NCBI RefSeq assembly: GCF_039654945.1
Contig: NW_027361686.1
Location: 6,386,001-6,450,000, forward strand
Reading direction: 5' to 3'
From: Dendrobates tinctorius
Lineage: Eukaryota
DNA: 64,000 bases
This document shows positions 51,098 through 64,000 of the stretch, one piece after another. The notes beneath the pieces are model-generated. The model saw only the letters and a program-made list of their open reading frames with translations, was not told where the DNA came from and searched no databases. The translations under genes were made by a program, and so were the position numbers. Position 1 is the stretch's first letter, and the number at the start of each line of letters is the position of its first letter.

Positions 51098-52863
51098 CAC
51101 TGTTCAAAAGTTTAGGGTCACTTAGAAATTCCCTTATTTTTGAAAGAAAAGCACAGTCTTTTCCAATGAAGCTAACATCAAATGATTCAGAAATACACTC
51201 TATACATTGTTAATGTGGTAAATGACTATTCTAGCTGCAAACGCCTGGTTTATAATGCAATATCTTCATAGGTATATAGAGGCCCATTTCCAACAACCAT
51301 CACTCCAGTGTTCTTATGCTACTTTGTGTTTGCTAACTGTGTAAGAAGGCTAATGGATGGTTAGGAGACCCTAGAAAACCTTGTGCAAGTATGTTAGCAC
51401 AGCTGAAAACAGTTTGGCTGATTAGATAAGCTATAAACCTGACCTTCCTTTGAGCTAGAGCTGGAGCATTACATTTGTTGGTTTCATTAAACTCTCAAAA
51501 TGGCCAGAAAAAAAGAACTTTCATGTGAAACTCGACAGTCTATTCTTGTTCTTAAAAATGAAGGCTATCACATGCAAGATATTGCCAATAAACTGAAGAT
51601 TTCCTACAACATTGTGTACTACTCCCTTCAGAGGAGAGCACAAACAGGCTCTAACCAGAGTAGAAAGAGAAGTGGGAGGCCCCGCTGCACAACTGAGCAA
51701 CAAGGCAACTACATTAGAGTCTGTAGTTTGAGAAATCCACGTCTCACAGGTCCTCAACTGGCATCTTCATTAAATAGTACACCCAAAATGCCACTGTCAA
51801 CATTTACAGTGAAGAGGCAACTCCAGGATGCTGGCCTTCAGGGCAAGGTGGCAAAGAAAAAGCCATAACTGAGTCTAACTAATAAAAGGAAAAGATTAAT
51901 ATGGGCAAAAGAACACAGACATTGGGCATAGGAAGATTGGAAAAAAGTGTTATGGAATCCAAGTTTGAGGTGTATGGATCACACAGAAGAACATTTGTGA
52001 GATGCAGAGCAACTGAAACGATGCTGGAAGAGTGCCTGACTCCATCTGTCAAGCATGGTGGAGGTAATGTGATGGTCTGGGGTTGCTTTGGTGCTGGTAA
52101 AGTGGGAGATTTGTACAAGGTAAAAGGGATTTTGAATAAGGAAGGCTATCACTCCATTTTGCAACTCCATACCATACACTGTAGACAGCACTTGATTGGA
52201 GCTAATTTCATCCTACAACAGGACAATGACCCAAAGAACACCTCCAAATTATGCAAAAACTATTTAGGGAAGAAGAAGGCACCTGGTATTCTATCTGTAA
52301 TGGAGTGGCCAGTCACCACATCGCAACCCCATTGAGCTGTTGTGGGAGCAGCTTGACCATATGGTACGCAAAAAGTGCCCATCAGGCCAAACCAACTTGT
52401 GGGAGGGGCTTCTGAAAGCATGGGGTGAAGTTTCTCCAGATTACCTCCGCAAATTAACTGCTATAATGCCTAAGGTCTGCAATGCTGTAATTGTTGCAAA
52501 AGGAGCATTCTTTGACGAAAGCAAAGTTTGAAGGAGAAAATTATTATTTCAAATAAAAATCTTTTTTTTGAACCTTGTCAATGTCTGGACTAGATTTTAA
52601 ATTCATTTGGCAACTCATTTGATTAATAAAAGTATGAGTTTTCATGGAAAACACAAAATTGTCTGGGTCAGGGTTCCCCAACTCCAGTCCTCAAGGCACA
52701 CCCACAGATCATGTTTTCAGAATTTCCTTAGTATTGCTCAGGTGATAACTGCATCACCTGTGCAATACAAAGGAAATCCTGAAAACATGTTCTGTTGGTG
52801 GGCCTTGAGGACCGGAGTTGGGGAACCCCGGTCTGGGTGACCCCAAACTTTTGAACGGTAGTG
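51098..52863 (+). mobile_element. Decayed full-length Tc1 element
   Basis: TIRs gttcaaaagtttagggtcac and gtgaccccaaacttttgaac; transposase in three pieces (51500-52531) with stops and frameshifts. Confidence 0.92.
52669..52830. mobile_element. hAT-type MITE inserted next to the Tc1 right TIR
   Basis: CAGGGTTCCCCAACTCC...GGAGTTGGGGAACCCCG; perfect 8-bp TSD GTCTGGGT. Confidence 0.9.
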
Positions 52864-53539
52864 TATATGCAACAATTAAAATTTGGCTCACTTCAGATTT
52901 TGTCTGGCTTCATACACCACTTACAACTAGAGATAAGTGAATCTTCTGAAATTTACTCCAACATATTTTTGAATAAAATTGATTAGCCATTAATACATTT
53001 GCAACAAGTCTTACTACTACATAGCCACTAATTCTGCAGAAAAGATGTGTGTGATACTCGGAGGTCTCCTAGGACTGTGTTGAATCCCTTTCTAAAGGCA
53101 AAAATAACCCTAATAATATCCAAGTGACCTCAAAACTTCTGGCTAGAAGAAAACAGATGATAATTGATGGTAACCAAGAGCCTATTTACCAACACTGCAG
53201 TAATACAATTTTTAAGATACTTAAATTGTAAAAATAGTCCAAAATATAATTGTTTTGAGTGGCCAGATGCCTGTCTTGCTGATGTGTATACAGAGATGAC
53301 GCACATGTAAGAAGCTACCAGTGGTGGTGCCAAAAATATCCTTGTTTGAAGACTATCAATTGTTCTTTGTTCAATGAAGAAGCTATATCTTCTTAAAAGT
53401 AATCCAAATAATGATCCCTTTCTTTAAAGGTCCAAGCTTTAAACCAGCTCAAACAAGTGCGTTAAAAAGTTCAAAAAATTTTTATCGAAAAAACATTTTT
53501 CATAAAACATTGGTCACACAGTGCAAAAAAAATCACAAC

Positions 53540-54193
53540 CCCCATGTGGGAATAGTAGCATCTGCCCAGGCACTAAATGTGGGAGTCCAGCAGTAAGTAT
53601 GAGAGTAAGCACACCACATTCAATAAGGAAGTCCAGCTATATCATGAATGAGCATGCACACAACACTAAAGAGTAGAAGTCCAGCAATCATAAGGGTGGA
53701 AATGCACATGGCACTTAAACGTGGAAGGCCAGCATTATACGGGAATGTCATCAATAGGAGAAGGTCACTATATGTATCTTTTTTGTGGCTGAAAGTCCCG
53801 TACAAGTCCAGCACCGCAGCCCAACAAACACAGACCTAGAGGAAATGGAGATGTCAGGATTCCTTACTAGCCACAGCAGATCCAGAGGCGAATAGCTCCA
53901 CTCTAGAAGTCCAGACCGTAGTTAAGCACAGACAGCATCAGGGAGATGCACCGAGGACTGTAAGCAACAGAATGTGGAAAGGTAATGAGTAATGAGCAGC
54001 AGCAGCAGCAGGGAGTCCACCAGTAGACAGGCAGGAGCTCAGGAGCCACCAGCAATAAAATACTCAGGCAAAGCGGAGCACATGACCTGGACTCAAATAA
54101 TCAGGAAAGACAGGAAGTTCCATGACAAGGCGAGATACAAGACTCCGTTTGGATAAGGGTGAACAGGCACAAAGGAAAGACCAGAATCCTTAC
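53540..54193. mobile_element. LTR-like repeat homologous to 3800-4150 and 8570-8920
   Basis: Shared blocks aagtatgagagtaagcacac, tagaagtccagcaatcata and acagacctagagga; ends ...cttaca. Confidence 0.5.
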
Positions 54194-54625
54194 AGAAACT
54201 GAATAAAATGATGCCTTGATATCTGCAATCTGATGTCTTATTATGGAGAAATACATGTTTTTCTTATATGTAAATGAGCTGTTCCTGGCTAAGGGCAGGA
54301 TACTGATCTCCCTAAGAATCTGCCTCCTTCATTAAAAGGGGGAGTAACCAGTGTGATGTGTAATGGCTGTTATCTGCTCTCCTCTTCTGACTGCAGAGTT
54401 GTTTGTGACTATTTCTGCAGGTTCACAGCTTAAGCTTCCATCTGACAGGCAATTAGTGTTGCGATATTGTGGCAGTACAACAGAGCTGTGAGAGATGCAG
54501 GTGCTAACGTGTTTGTAAGAAGAGAAAGTTCACATCCTAAATTTATTCTTCCAACAATTCTTTCACAAATAGACATCCTTAAGGAAGGTGATGGTCATGG
54601 CCAGTAAAGTGTCAACTCGTTTTAA

Positions 54626-57224
54626 CCCCTTCCCGACCTGTGATGCAGTGTATGCGTCATGAAAACCTGTGCAATTCCGACCTGTGATGCAGCATATGCG
54701 TCATGATGCAATCGCATTCCTGTGGGTGGGGTGACTGGGGTCACTGAAAAGTCATCTAACTTGCAGGTACAGGAAGACTTGTAATTCACCCCAAGGGGGT
54801 GGATTTTCCCCCCTCCCATGGCTACAATCACTCTGATAGGCTGTTGAATGTGAAACAGCCAATCAGAGCAATTGTAATATTTCACCAATGAAACTTGGTG
54901 AAACATTACAATCCAGCCATTGCTGATGCTGCAATATCATCGGCCATGGCTGGAGACCGCGATCTGCCCCCCCACCGACTGATGGGGCGATCTACCCCAC
55001 CACCAACTGACAATGACGATCTGCCGCCGCCATCAGTATTTGCTCCCCTCCCCTCTTCTCCCCTCCGCTCGCCCGCATTCTGATTCCCCCCTCCCTTCCC
55101 CCGGTACCTGCCGAGTCCCAGTGTCCCTCTTTCTTCCCTCATGGACACCGCCATCTTCTAAAATGGTGGGCGCATGCGCAGTGCACCCACCGAATCTGCC
55201 GGCCGGCACCCGGCAGATTCATTACTTTTGATCACTGTGATAGATCCTATCGCAGTGATCAAAATAAAAAAATAGTAAATAACCCCCCCTTATCACCCCC
55301 TTAGTTAGGGAAATATAATGAAATAAAGAAAATATATTTATTTTTATTTTTCGGTTAGGGTTGGGGTTAGGGTTAGAATTAGGTTTAGGGTTGGAATTAG
55401 GGTTAGAGTTGGAATTAGGGTTATGGTTGGAATTAGGGTTAGGGTTGAAATTAGGGTTGGAGTTGGAATTAGGATTAGGGTTGGAATTAGGGTTAGGGTT
55501 GGGATTGGAATTAGGGTTAGGGGTGTGCTGGGGTTAGGGTTGGGAATAAGGTTAGGCTTGTGGTTAGGGTTATGGATAGGGTTGGGATAAGGGTTAGGGG
55601 TGTGTTGGGGGTTATGGTTGGAGTTAGAATTGAGAGGTTTCCACTGGTTAGGTACATCATTAGGTCTCCAAAATGCGACATGGATTCCAGCCAATTTTGC
55701 GTTCAAAAAGTCTAACGGTGCTCCCTCCCTTCCAATCCCCGACGTGTGCCCAAACAGTGATTTACCCCAACATATGGGGCATCAGCATACTCAGGGAAAA
55801 TTGCACAACAACTTTGGGGGTCTATTTTCTCCTTTTACGCTTGTGAAAATAAAAAATTGCGGGCTAAAAAATCAATTTTTGAAGAAAAAAATTATTTTTT
55901 ATAATCATGGCTCTGTGTTATAAACTTCTATGAAGCACTTGGGGGTTCAAAGTGCTCATCACACATCTAGATAAGCTCCTTGGGGGGTCTAGTTTCCAAA
56001 ATTGGCTCACTTGTGGGGGGTTTCTACTGTTTAGGCACATCAGGAGCTCTGCAAACATAACATGACGCCCGCAGACCATTCCATCCAAGTCTACATTTCA
56101 AAACGTCACTACTTCCCTTCCGAGCCCTGACTTGTGCCCAAACAGTGATCCCCCCACATACGGGGTACCAGCGTACTCAGAACAAACTGGACAACAACAT
56201 TTGGGGTCCAATTTCTCCTGTTACCCTTGTGAAAATAAAAAATTGCAAGCTAAAATAAAATTTTTTGAGGAATAAACTTCTGTGAAGCACTTGGGGGTTC
56301 AAAGTGCTCACCACACATCTAGATAAGTTCCTTGGGGGGTCTAGTTTCCAAAATGGGGTCACTTTTGAGGGAGCTTCAATGTTTAGGCACAAAGGGGCTC
56401 TCCACTCCCGACATGGTGTCCGCTAGCGATTGGAGCTAATTTTCCATTCAAAAAGTCAAATGGCACTCCTGCCCTTCTGAGCCCAAACAGTGGTTTATGA
56501 CCACATATGAGGTATCGGTGTACTCAGGAGAAATTGCCCAACAAAGTTTAAGATCTATTTTATCCTGTTTCCCATGTGAAAATGAAAAAAAATGATGCTA
56601 AAGAACATTTTTGTTGGAAAAATTAAAATGTCCATTTTTTCTTCCATTGCTTTAGTTCCTGTGAAGCACCTGAAGGGTTAATAATCTTCTTGAATGCAGT
56701 TTTGAGTAGCTTGAGTGGTGCAGTTTTTAGAATGGTGTCACTTTTGGGTATTTTCTGCCATATAGACCCCTCAAAGTGACTTCAGATGTGAGGTAGTCCC
56801 TTAAAAAATGGTTTTGTAAATTTTGTTGTAAAAATGAGAAATCGCTGGTCAACTTTTAACCCTTATAACTTCCTAAAAAAAAAAATTGTCTCCAAAATTG
56901 TGCTGATGTAGAGTAGACATGTGAAAAATGCTATTTATTAACTATTTTGTGTCACATAACTCTCTCGTTTAACAGAATAAAAATTCAAAATTTGAAAATT
57001 TTCAAATTTTTTGCCAAATTTCCGATTTTTTCACAAATAAACGCAAAAATGATCGACCTAAATTTACCACTAACATGAAGCCCAATATGTCCCGAAAAGA
57101 CAATCTCAGAATCACTAGGATCCGTTGAAGCGTTCCTGAGTTATTACCGCATAATGGGACACTGCTCAGGATTGCAAAAAATGGCCAGGTCATTAATGTC
57201 AAAATAGGCTGGGTCGTGAAGGGG
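54626..57224. mobile_element. piggyBac-type non-autonomous element
   Basis: TTAA|CCCCTTCCCGACC...GGTCGTGAAGGGG|TTAA; no transposase; internal ~355-bp repeated modules (~55640-56750). Confidence 0.85.
55353..55630 (+). repeat. Telomere-like tract (TTAGGG interspersed with TTGGAA/TTGGGG variants)
   Basis: Many TTAGGG hexamers in a degenerate higher-order pattern, ttagggttggaattagggtt. Confidence 0.9.
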
Positions 57225-57332
57225 TTAACCAATCTTATGTTGCAAAGCACACTCTCCTGGATTTGCAAAAGCAAAATAGTCATCCACAGTGCCACCTAGC
57301 AACATCACAACCCACTGGAATTTGATGATATA

Positions 57333-58938
57333 CAGTGGGGCAAAAAAGTATTTAGTCAGTCAGCAATAGTGCAAGTTCCACCACTTAAAAAGATGAGAGG
57401 CGTCTGTAATTTACATCATAGGTAGACCTCAACTATGGGAGACAAACTGAGAAAAAAAAATCCAGAAAATCACATTGTCTGGTTTTTTTTCATTTTATTT
57501 GCATATTATGGTGGAAAATAAGTATTTGGTCAGAAACAAAATTTCATCTCAATACTTTGTGATATATCCTTTGTTGGCAATGACAGAGGTCAAACGTTTT
57601 CTGTAAGTCTTCACAAGGTTGCCACACACTGTTGTTGGTATGTTGGCCCATTCCTCCATGCAGATCTCCTCTAGAGCAGTGATGTTTTTGGCTTTTCGCT
57701 TGGCAACACGGACTTTCAACTCCCTCCAAAGGTTTTCTATAGGGTTGAGATCTGGAGACTGGCTAGGCCACTCCAGGACCGTGAAATGCTTCTTACGAAG
57801 CCACTCCTTCGTTGCCCTGGCGATGTGCTTTGGATCATTGTCATGTTGAAAGACCCAGCCACGTTTCATCTTCAATGCCCTTGCTGATGGAAGGAGGTTT
57901 GCACTCAAAATCTCACGATACATGGCCCCATTCATTCTTTCATGTACCCGGATCAGTCGTCCTGGCCCCTTTGCAGAGAAACAGCCCCAAAGCATGATGT
58001 TTCCACCACCATGCTTTACAGTAGGTATGGTGTTTGATGGATGCAACTCAGTATTCTTTTTCCTCCAAACACGACAAGTTGTGTTTCTACCAAACAGTTC
58101 CAGTTTGGTTTCATCAGACCAGAGGACATTCTCCCAAAACTCCTCTGGATCATCCAAATGCTCTCTAGCAAACTTCAGACGGGCCCGGACATGTACAGGC
58201 TTAAGCAGTGGGACACGTCTGGCACTGCAGGATCTGAGTCCATGGTGGCGTAGTGTGTTACTTATGGTAGGCCTTGTTACATTGGTCCCAGCTCTCTGCA
58301 GTTTATTCACTAGGTCCCCCTGCGTGGTTCTGGGATTTTTGCTCACCGTTCTTGTGATCATTCTGACCCCACGGGGTGGGATTTTGCGTGGAGCACCAGA
58401 TCGAGGGAGATTATCAGTGGTCTTGTATGTCTTCCATTTTCTAATTATTGCTCCCACAGTTGATTTCTTCACTCCAAGCTGGTTGGCTATTGCAGATTCA
58501 GTCTTCCCAGCCTGGTGCAGGGCTACAATTTTGTTTCTGGTGTCCTTTGACAGCTCTTTGGTCTTCACCATAGTGGAGTTTGGAGTCAGACTGTTTGAGG
58601 GTGTGCACAGGTGTCTTTTTATACTGATAACAAGTTTAAACAGGTGCCATTACTACAGGTAATGAGTGAAGGAAAGAGGAGACTCTTAAAGAAGAAGTTA
58701 CAGGTCTGTGAGAGCCAGAAATCTTGATTGCTTGTTTCTGACCAAATACTTATTTTCCACCATAATATGCAAATAAAATGAAAAAAAAACAGACAATGTG
58801 ATTTTCTGGATTTTTTTTTCTCAGTTTGTCTCCCATAGTTGAGGTCTACCTATGATGTAAATTACAGACGCCTCTCATCTTTTTAAGTGGTGGAACTTGC
58901 ACTATTGCTGACTGACTAAATACTTTTTTGCCCCACTG
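57333..58938 (-). mobile_element. Full-length Tc1 element, same family as 12646-14240
   Basis: TA|CAGTGGGGCAAAAAAGTATT...AATACTTTTTTGCCCCACTG|TA; near-perfect ~200-bp TIRs. Confidence 0.97.
57549..58571 (-). CDS. Tc1 DD34E transposase, intact 340 aa
   Basis: [10 protein letters not shown]..., [22 protein letters not shown]; no stops. Confidence 0.95.
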   Translation of the reverse strand: MVKTKELSKDTRNKIVALHQAGKTESAIANQLGVKKSTVGAIIRKWKTYKTTDNLPRSGAPRKIPPRGVRMITRTVSKNPRTTQGDLVNKLQRAGTNVTRPTISNTLRHHGLRSCSARRVPLLKPVHVRARLKFAREHLDDPEEFWENVLWSDETKLELFGRNTTCRVWRKKNTELHPSNTIPTVKHGGGNIMLWGCFSAKGPGRLIRVHERMNGAMYREILSANLLPSARALKMKRGWVFQHDNDPKHIARATKEWLRKKHFTVLEWPSQSPDLNPIENLWRELKVRVAKRKAKNITALEEICMEEWANIPTTVCGNLVKTYRKRLTSVIANKGYITKY

Positions 58939-59087
58939 TATATGTTTCAGCATCTGTATGAGCAGTGTAAAGTGGTTAAGTAATATATCTTGTAGCAGCC
59001 AAACTGTAACATGGGTTACTTTGCCATCTGATGCTGGCAGTTGATGAAAGATGCTTTTTGTTAAAACTGACTTGTGCTCCTCATATA

Positions 59088-60720
59088 CAGTCATATGTTA
59101 AAGTTTGGGCACCCCTATTAATGTTAACCTTTTTTCTTTATAACAATTTTGTTTTTTGCAACAGCTATTTCAGTTTCATATATCTAATAACTGATGGACT
59201 CAGTTATATTTCTGTTATTGTACTAACAGAAAATGTGCAATCTGCATTTAAACAAAATTTGACCGGTGCAAAAGTATGGGCACCCTTATCATTTTCTTGA
59301 TTTGAACACTCCTAACTACTTTTTACTGACTTCCTGAAGCACTAAATTGGTTTTCTAACCTCACTGAGCTTTGAACTTCATAGCCAGGTGTATCAAATCA
59401 TGAGAAAAGGTATTTAAGGTGGCCACTTGCAAGTAGTTCTCCTATTTGATTCTCCTATGAAGAGTGGCATCATGGGCTCCTCAAAACAACTCTCAAATGA
59501 TCTGAAAACAAAGATTATTCAACATAGCTTTTCAGGGGAAGGATACAAAAAGTTGTCTCAGAGATTTAACCTGTCAGTTTCCACTGTGAGGAACATAGTA
59601 AGGAAATGGAAGAACACAGGTACAGTTCTTGTTAAGCCCAGAAGTGGCAGGCCAAGAAAAATATCAGAAAGGCAGAGAAGAAGAATGGTGAGAACAGTCA
59701 AGGACAATCCACAGACCACCTCCAAAGACCGGCAGCATCATCTTGCTGCAGATGGTGTCACTGTGCATCGGTCAACAGTACAGCGCACTTTGCACAAGGA
59801 GAAGCTGTATGGGAGAGTGATGCGAAAGAAGCCGTTTCTGCAAGCACGCCACAAGCAGAGTCGCCTGAGGTATGCAAAAGCACATTTGGACAAGCCAGTT
59901 ACATTTTGGAAGAAGGTCCTGTGCACTGATGAAACAAAGATTGAGTTGTTTGGTCATACAAAAAGACGTTATGCATGGAGGCATAACACAGCATTCCAAG
60001 AAAAACACTTGCTACCCACAGTAAAATTTGGTGGAGGTTCCATCATGCTTTTGGGGCTGTGTGGCCAATGTCGGCACCGGGAATCTTGTTAAAGTTGAGG
60101 GTCGCATGGATTCAACTCAGTATCAGCAGATTCTTGACAATAATGTGCAAGAATCAGTGACGAAGTTGAAGTTACACAGGGGATGGATATTTCAGCAAGA
60201 AAAAGATCCAAAACACCGCTCCAAATCTACTCAGGCATTCATGCAGAGGAACAATTACAATGTTCTGGAATGGCCATCCCAGTCCCCAGACCTGAATATC
60301 ATTGAACATCTGTGGGATGATTTGAAGTGGGCTGTCCATGCTCGGCGACCATCAAACTTAACTGAACTGGAATTGTTTTGTAAACAGGAATGGTCACAAA
60401 TACCTTCATCCAGGATCCAGGAACTCATTAATAGCTACAGGAAGCGACTAGAGGCTGTTATTTTTGCAAAAGGAACATCTATGAAATATTAATGTCACTT
60501 TTATGTTGAGGTGCCAATACTTTTGCACCGGTCAAATTTTGTTTAAATGCAGATTGCACATTTTCTGCTAGTACAATAAACCTCATTTGAATCCAGAAAT
60601 ATAGCTGAGTCCATCAGTTATTAGATATATGTAACTGAAATAGCTGTTGCAAAAACCAAAATTGTTATAAAGAAAAAAGGTTAACATTAATAGGGGTGCC
60701 CAAACTTTAACATATGACTG
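59088..60720 (+). mobile_element. Full-length Tc1 element with a disabled transposase (59472-60492)
   Basis: TA|CAGTCATATGTTAAAGTTTGGGCACCCCTA...TAGGGGTGCCCAAACTTTAACATATGACTG|TA. Frameshift at ~60050; the second catalytic D is altered (QQEKDPKH). Confidence 0.95.
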
Positions 60721-61239
60721 TATATCCTGCAAAAAGCACTCGCCAGAAAACAAGAAGGGAAGGAAATAAGCACATCAGCTTTCACCTGTACATCGCCACC
60801 AGAAACCCACTCTCCACACCTATGCCAGCGTTGAGACTATAACATGTAGCCGAGGCAGTAAATGTGTGCTTTCTCAGTCAGATACCCTGAGTTTCGATCC
60901 CATGGTCTTTTTTATAAACAGATTGGACTAGCAGCAGGAACTGGTGCAGTTTGCAAAGAGTGTCACATCTAGCACCTTGCAAAATCTCAGAAAAGATGTT
61001 TAGCCCAGCTAGTGGCTTTGTAACACCCAAGCAGAGAGGTTATCGGTCATAAGTATGGAAAACCAAAAATTCAACTAAATCAAATAAGGCATAAATCGGT
61101 GCCGACTTCAATTCACCGTCGAATAATTCCAATTAATAAATTGGCGAAACCATCTGGCTGAGTACCTGACTGTCCTTTGTCTGTTTTCTGCACTTGCTGC
61201 CAATGGCTCATGCTCATACGAGCATTTACAAGAGCTTCT

Positions 61240-61890
61240 CACTAAATTAGAGTATCATCATAAAGTTAATCTATTTCAGTTCTTCAATACAAAAAGTGAA
61301 ACTCATATATTACATAGAGTCAATACACACAGAGTGATCTATTTCATGTGCTTATTTCTGTTAATGTTGATGATTATAGCTTACAGCCAATGAAAACCCA
61401 AAAGTCATTATCTCGGTAAATTAGAATACTTTATAACACCAGTTTCAAAAATTATTTTAAAATCTGGAATGTTGGCCTACTGAAATGTATGTTTAGTAAA
61501 TGCACTCAATACTTGGTCAGGGTTCCTTTTGCATCAATTACTGCATCAATGCGGCATGGCATGGAGGCGATCAGCCTGTGGCACTGCTGAGGTGTTATGG
61601 AAGCCCAGGTTGCTTTGATAGCAGCTTTCAGCTCATCTGCATTGTTGGGTCTGGTGTCTCTCATCTTCCTCTTGACAAAACCCCATAGATCCTCTATGGG
61701 GTTAATGACAGGCGAGTTTGCTGGTCAATCAACTCCAGTGAAACTTTAGTTTAATTGGCCAGGTACTGGTACTTTTGGCAGTGTAGACAGGTGACAAGTC
61801 CTGCTGGAGAATGAAATTTCCATCTCCTAAAAGCTTGTCGGCAGAAGCATGAAGTGCTCTTAAATTATCCTGGTAGATGGCTGCACTGAC
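61240..61890 (-). mobile_element. Tc1 3' fragment
   Basis: The minus strand encodes NSPVINPIEDLWG...IDAVIDAKGTLTKY*, followed by TIR-like sequence. Confidence 0.75.
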
Positions 61891-62529
61891 TACTACGGTA
61901 TCTGTTTGAATATTGACCCTAAAATATTATTCTACTGTACCACTTTATTTTTACGAGTTGTGACTGTGCCTGAAAAAATTTTTTTACTCTATTGTTGTGA
62001 CTAAGCCTAAAAATAATTTTACTCTACTGCTTTGTCTGTTCCAGTAGTGACCAAAAAAATCAGAAAATATTTTTAATGTGTGAGCCTGTCAGCATTTTCT
62101 GTTGACAGACAAAAGCGCCTGTCTGTTATGACCCCACTACAGCACTGAAAACCTGCTAAAACAAGCTGCTATTGGCAGGGAAGCACAACAACTCAAACAC
62201 ATAGAGGGACAGCTCATGCCAGGTGTTCAGCTTTGAGACTCTATAGTTTAAGGTCACAGAGGAATTATGGAGTACACTGTGTTTTGTCCAGCTATTGCTT
62301 GACCATCTTTAAAACCTTTTCCCTTCTTGTCAAAAAATACCCAGTCATAAGGCCCTGGGCATGGGGCTGGTGTCATGAAATTGGCCCACACCTTTAAATG
62401 TGTCTCCCTGGCCTCTCCTCCTTGATTGGAAAGGAAAGCTTGCCCCCAGCTGCTAGCATTGTCTGATGGAAATTTTTTCAACATATTTTCCTCACTAGTC
62501 TTTTGATAAAGCAACATTTTAGAAGACAT

Positions 62530-63340
62530 TTTCCACCTTTTCCAAATCTTGAACTACCAAGTTGAGCATGTGTGCCAACCATGATACGTGTGTAAACTTG
62601 CCAAGATTCACAGCCAACAGGTTATGGCCATTATCAAACATGAAAAAATTCCCAAAAATTCAAAAAAACGCATTTGAAAGGTAAACTCGCCAAACCCTGA
62701 CTAATGCACCATTATCACACACGAACATGTCTGGTTGGAGGTTGAGCGGTGAGAGCCACAAATCTTTCTGGCCTGTTATTCCTTTCAATAACTGCCTCAG
62801 TATTTGGTTTGACTCATAGACAAATTAGATTCAGCAGAGTGTGCTCCTTCTGTGCTGAGGCAGTGTTGCAGAGCTTCCAGCTTCTGGAGGGTGTGGACGA
62901 CTTGTTCTGAGATAGCACATCAGAGATGGAGGATGTGGACGAGCAGTAGGGGGTGCAAGAGCTGTTGTAGGAGGTGGAGGAAACCCTGATAGAAGAAGGA
63001 CCAGCAATCATCGGTGTCGGTAGCACACGTGCCGTGTCAGAATTGGACTCTGCCTTGCCTCCACAATGTTCACGCAGTGTGCCATCAGAGAAATATAGCA
63101 TCCCTGGTCACAAGTGCTTGTCCACTTGTCAGTTATTAAGTGGACAATCCCAGTAACCGTGTTGGTAAGGGAACAGCTGATGTTCCTAGACACGTGTTGC
63201 TACAAGGTGGGAATGCCACATCGAGTGAAATAGTGGCTGCTGGAAACCAAGTACCTAGGGACCAAATTTGTACACCTGTAGCAACCCAATTTTATTTCAA
63301 GCCAACATTTCCCACAAACCATCTTCTGCAGTGTATATGA
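62530..63340 (-). pseudogene. Decayed hAT transposase fragment
   Basis: VHLITDKWTS.C.QG.YISLMAH.VNIVEA, HTLLNLICL, FVCDNG and SWLAHMLNLVVQ. Confidence 0.8.
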
Positions 63341-64000
63341 CTTTAAATAATTTAAAAAAAAATTGTACACATGCAGCAGGCCAATTTTTGTTTTCATTTC
63401 AAACCAATGAAATTTCAGACAAAGTATTACAGTATATATGACAATTGACAATTTTTGAACAATCATATTTGTACACCTGCAGCATAAACAGGCAGGCACA
63501 GATGATAGGCTGGCATGGCTGATAGACAGGCAGGTGGGCTGATGTACTGGACGGGGATACTGGGATAATAGCACTAGAACCTAAGAATGAGCAAGTGTGG
63601 TAGAAACCAACTATAACGTTTCATAGGCACCTCCATGCAGGTGGAGATGCCTTAAATAGTATGTGTTTCCAACCCATTGACTGGAGACACTTTAGGATTA
63701 TGCAAGAGCTGCACCTTTTAGAAGGAGGGAGTGCGCACATATGTCCTAAGCACAGTGCCTTTGAATCTATGCACTTTTTTTTACTGCAGTGGTTCGTTGT
63801 GGGTACTTTTTTGAATGTTTATGTCATATATTTGGTTTATTCGTGCTCAAAGTTTTTATCCCTCATACATTAACAGCTAAGTTTTATGTTTCCTATGCTA
63901 TGAATAATTGAATACAGAAAACATTTTCAACACTTTTTTGGAGTGTTTTAAACCACCAAAATTTTATAGAAAGCACTTAGTATTCTATACATGGCAATGT

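Noticed and set aside
55353-55630. True telomere or chromosome-fusion site
   Set aside because: Short, degenerate, single-orientation tract enclosed within a TIR element; there is no head-to-head TTAGGG/CCCTAA junction.
57922-58662. 246-aa plus-strand ORF, and similar ORFs opposite the other Tc1 and hAT genes
   Set aside because: Antisense shadows of transposase ORFs, with no independent motif support.

Overview
Vertebrate, almost certainly frog, genomic DNA, inferred from the TE repertoire (T2/Kolobok MITEs, TAG(G/A)GTTGAGCGA-type hATs, Tc1 families, L2 with an (AAT)n tail, R4/Rex6). The window is nearly all transposable elements and repeats, and I see no intact host protein-coding gene. 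It holds seven Tc1/mariner copies or fragments (two with intact DD34E ORFs); one complete 7.5-kb hAT element whose ~1179-aa BED-transposase ORF is split by a single 545-bp retro-insertion; three decayed hATs; a decayed two-gene Harbinger; a piggyBac-type non-autonomous element carrying telomere-like repeats; several solo LTRs and MITEs with exact TSDs; and a recent ~4.75-kb tandem duplication. Two items are not evident from the ORF track. The first is an intronless, disabled 5' third of piwil1 on the minus strand at 18165-19087, i.e. a processed pseudogene of the piRNA effector lying among transposons. The second is a 513-bp TSD-flanked insertion at 23671-24183 made of ~1.45 tandem copies of a 352-nt non-coding unit with a type I hammerhead ribozyme, i.e. 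a retrozyme or satellite-2-like circular-RNA retroelement. All family assignments come from motif recognition by eye; no database searches were run.
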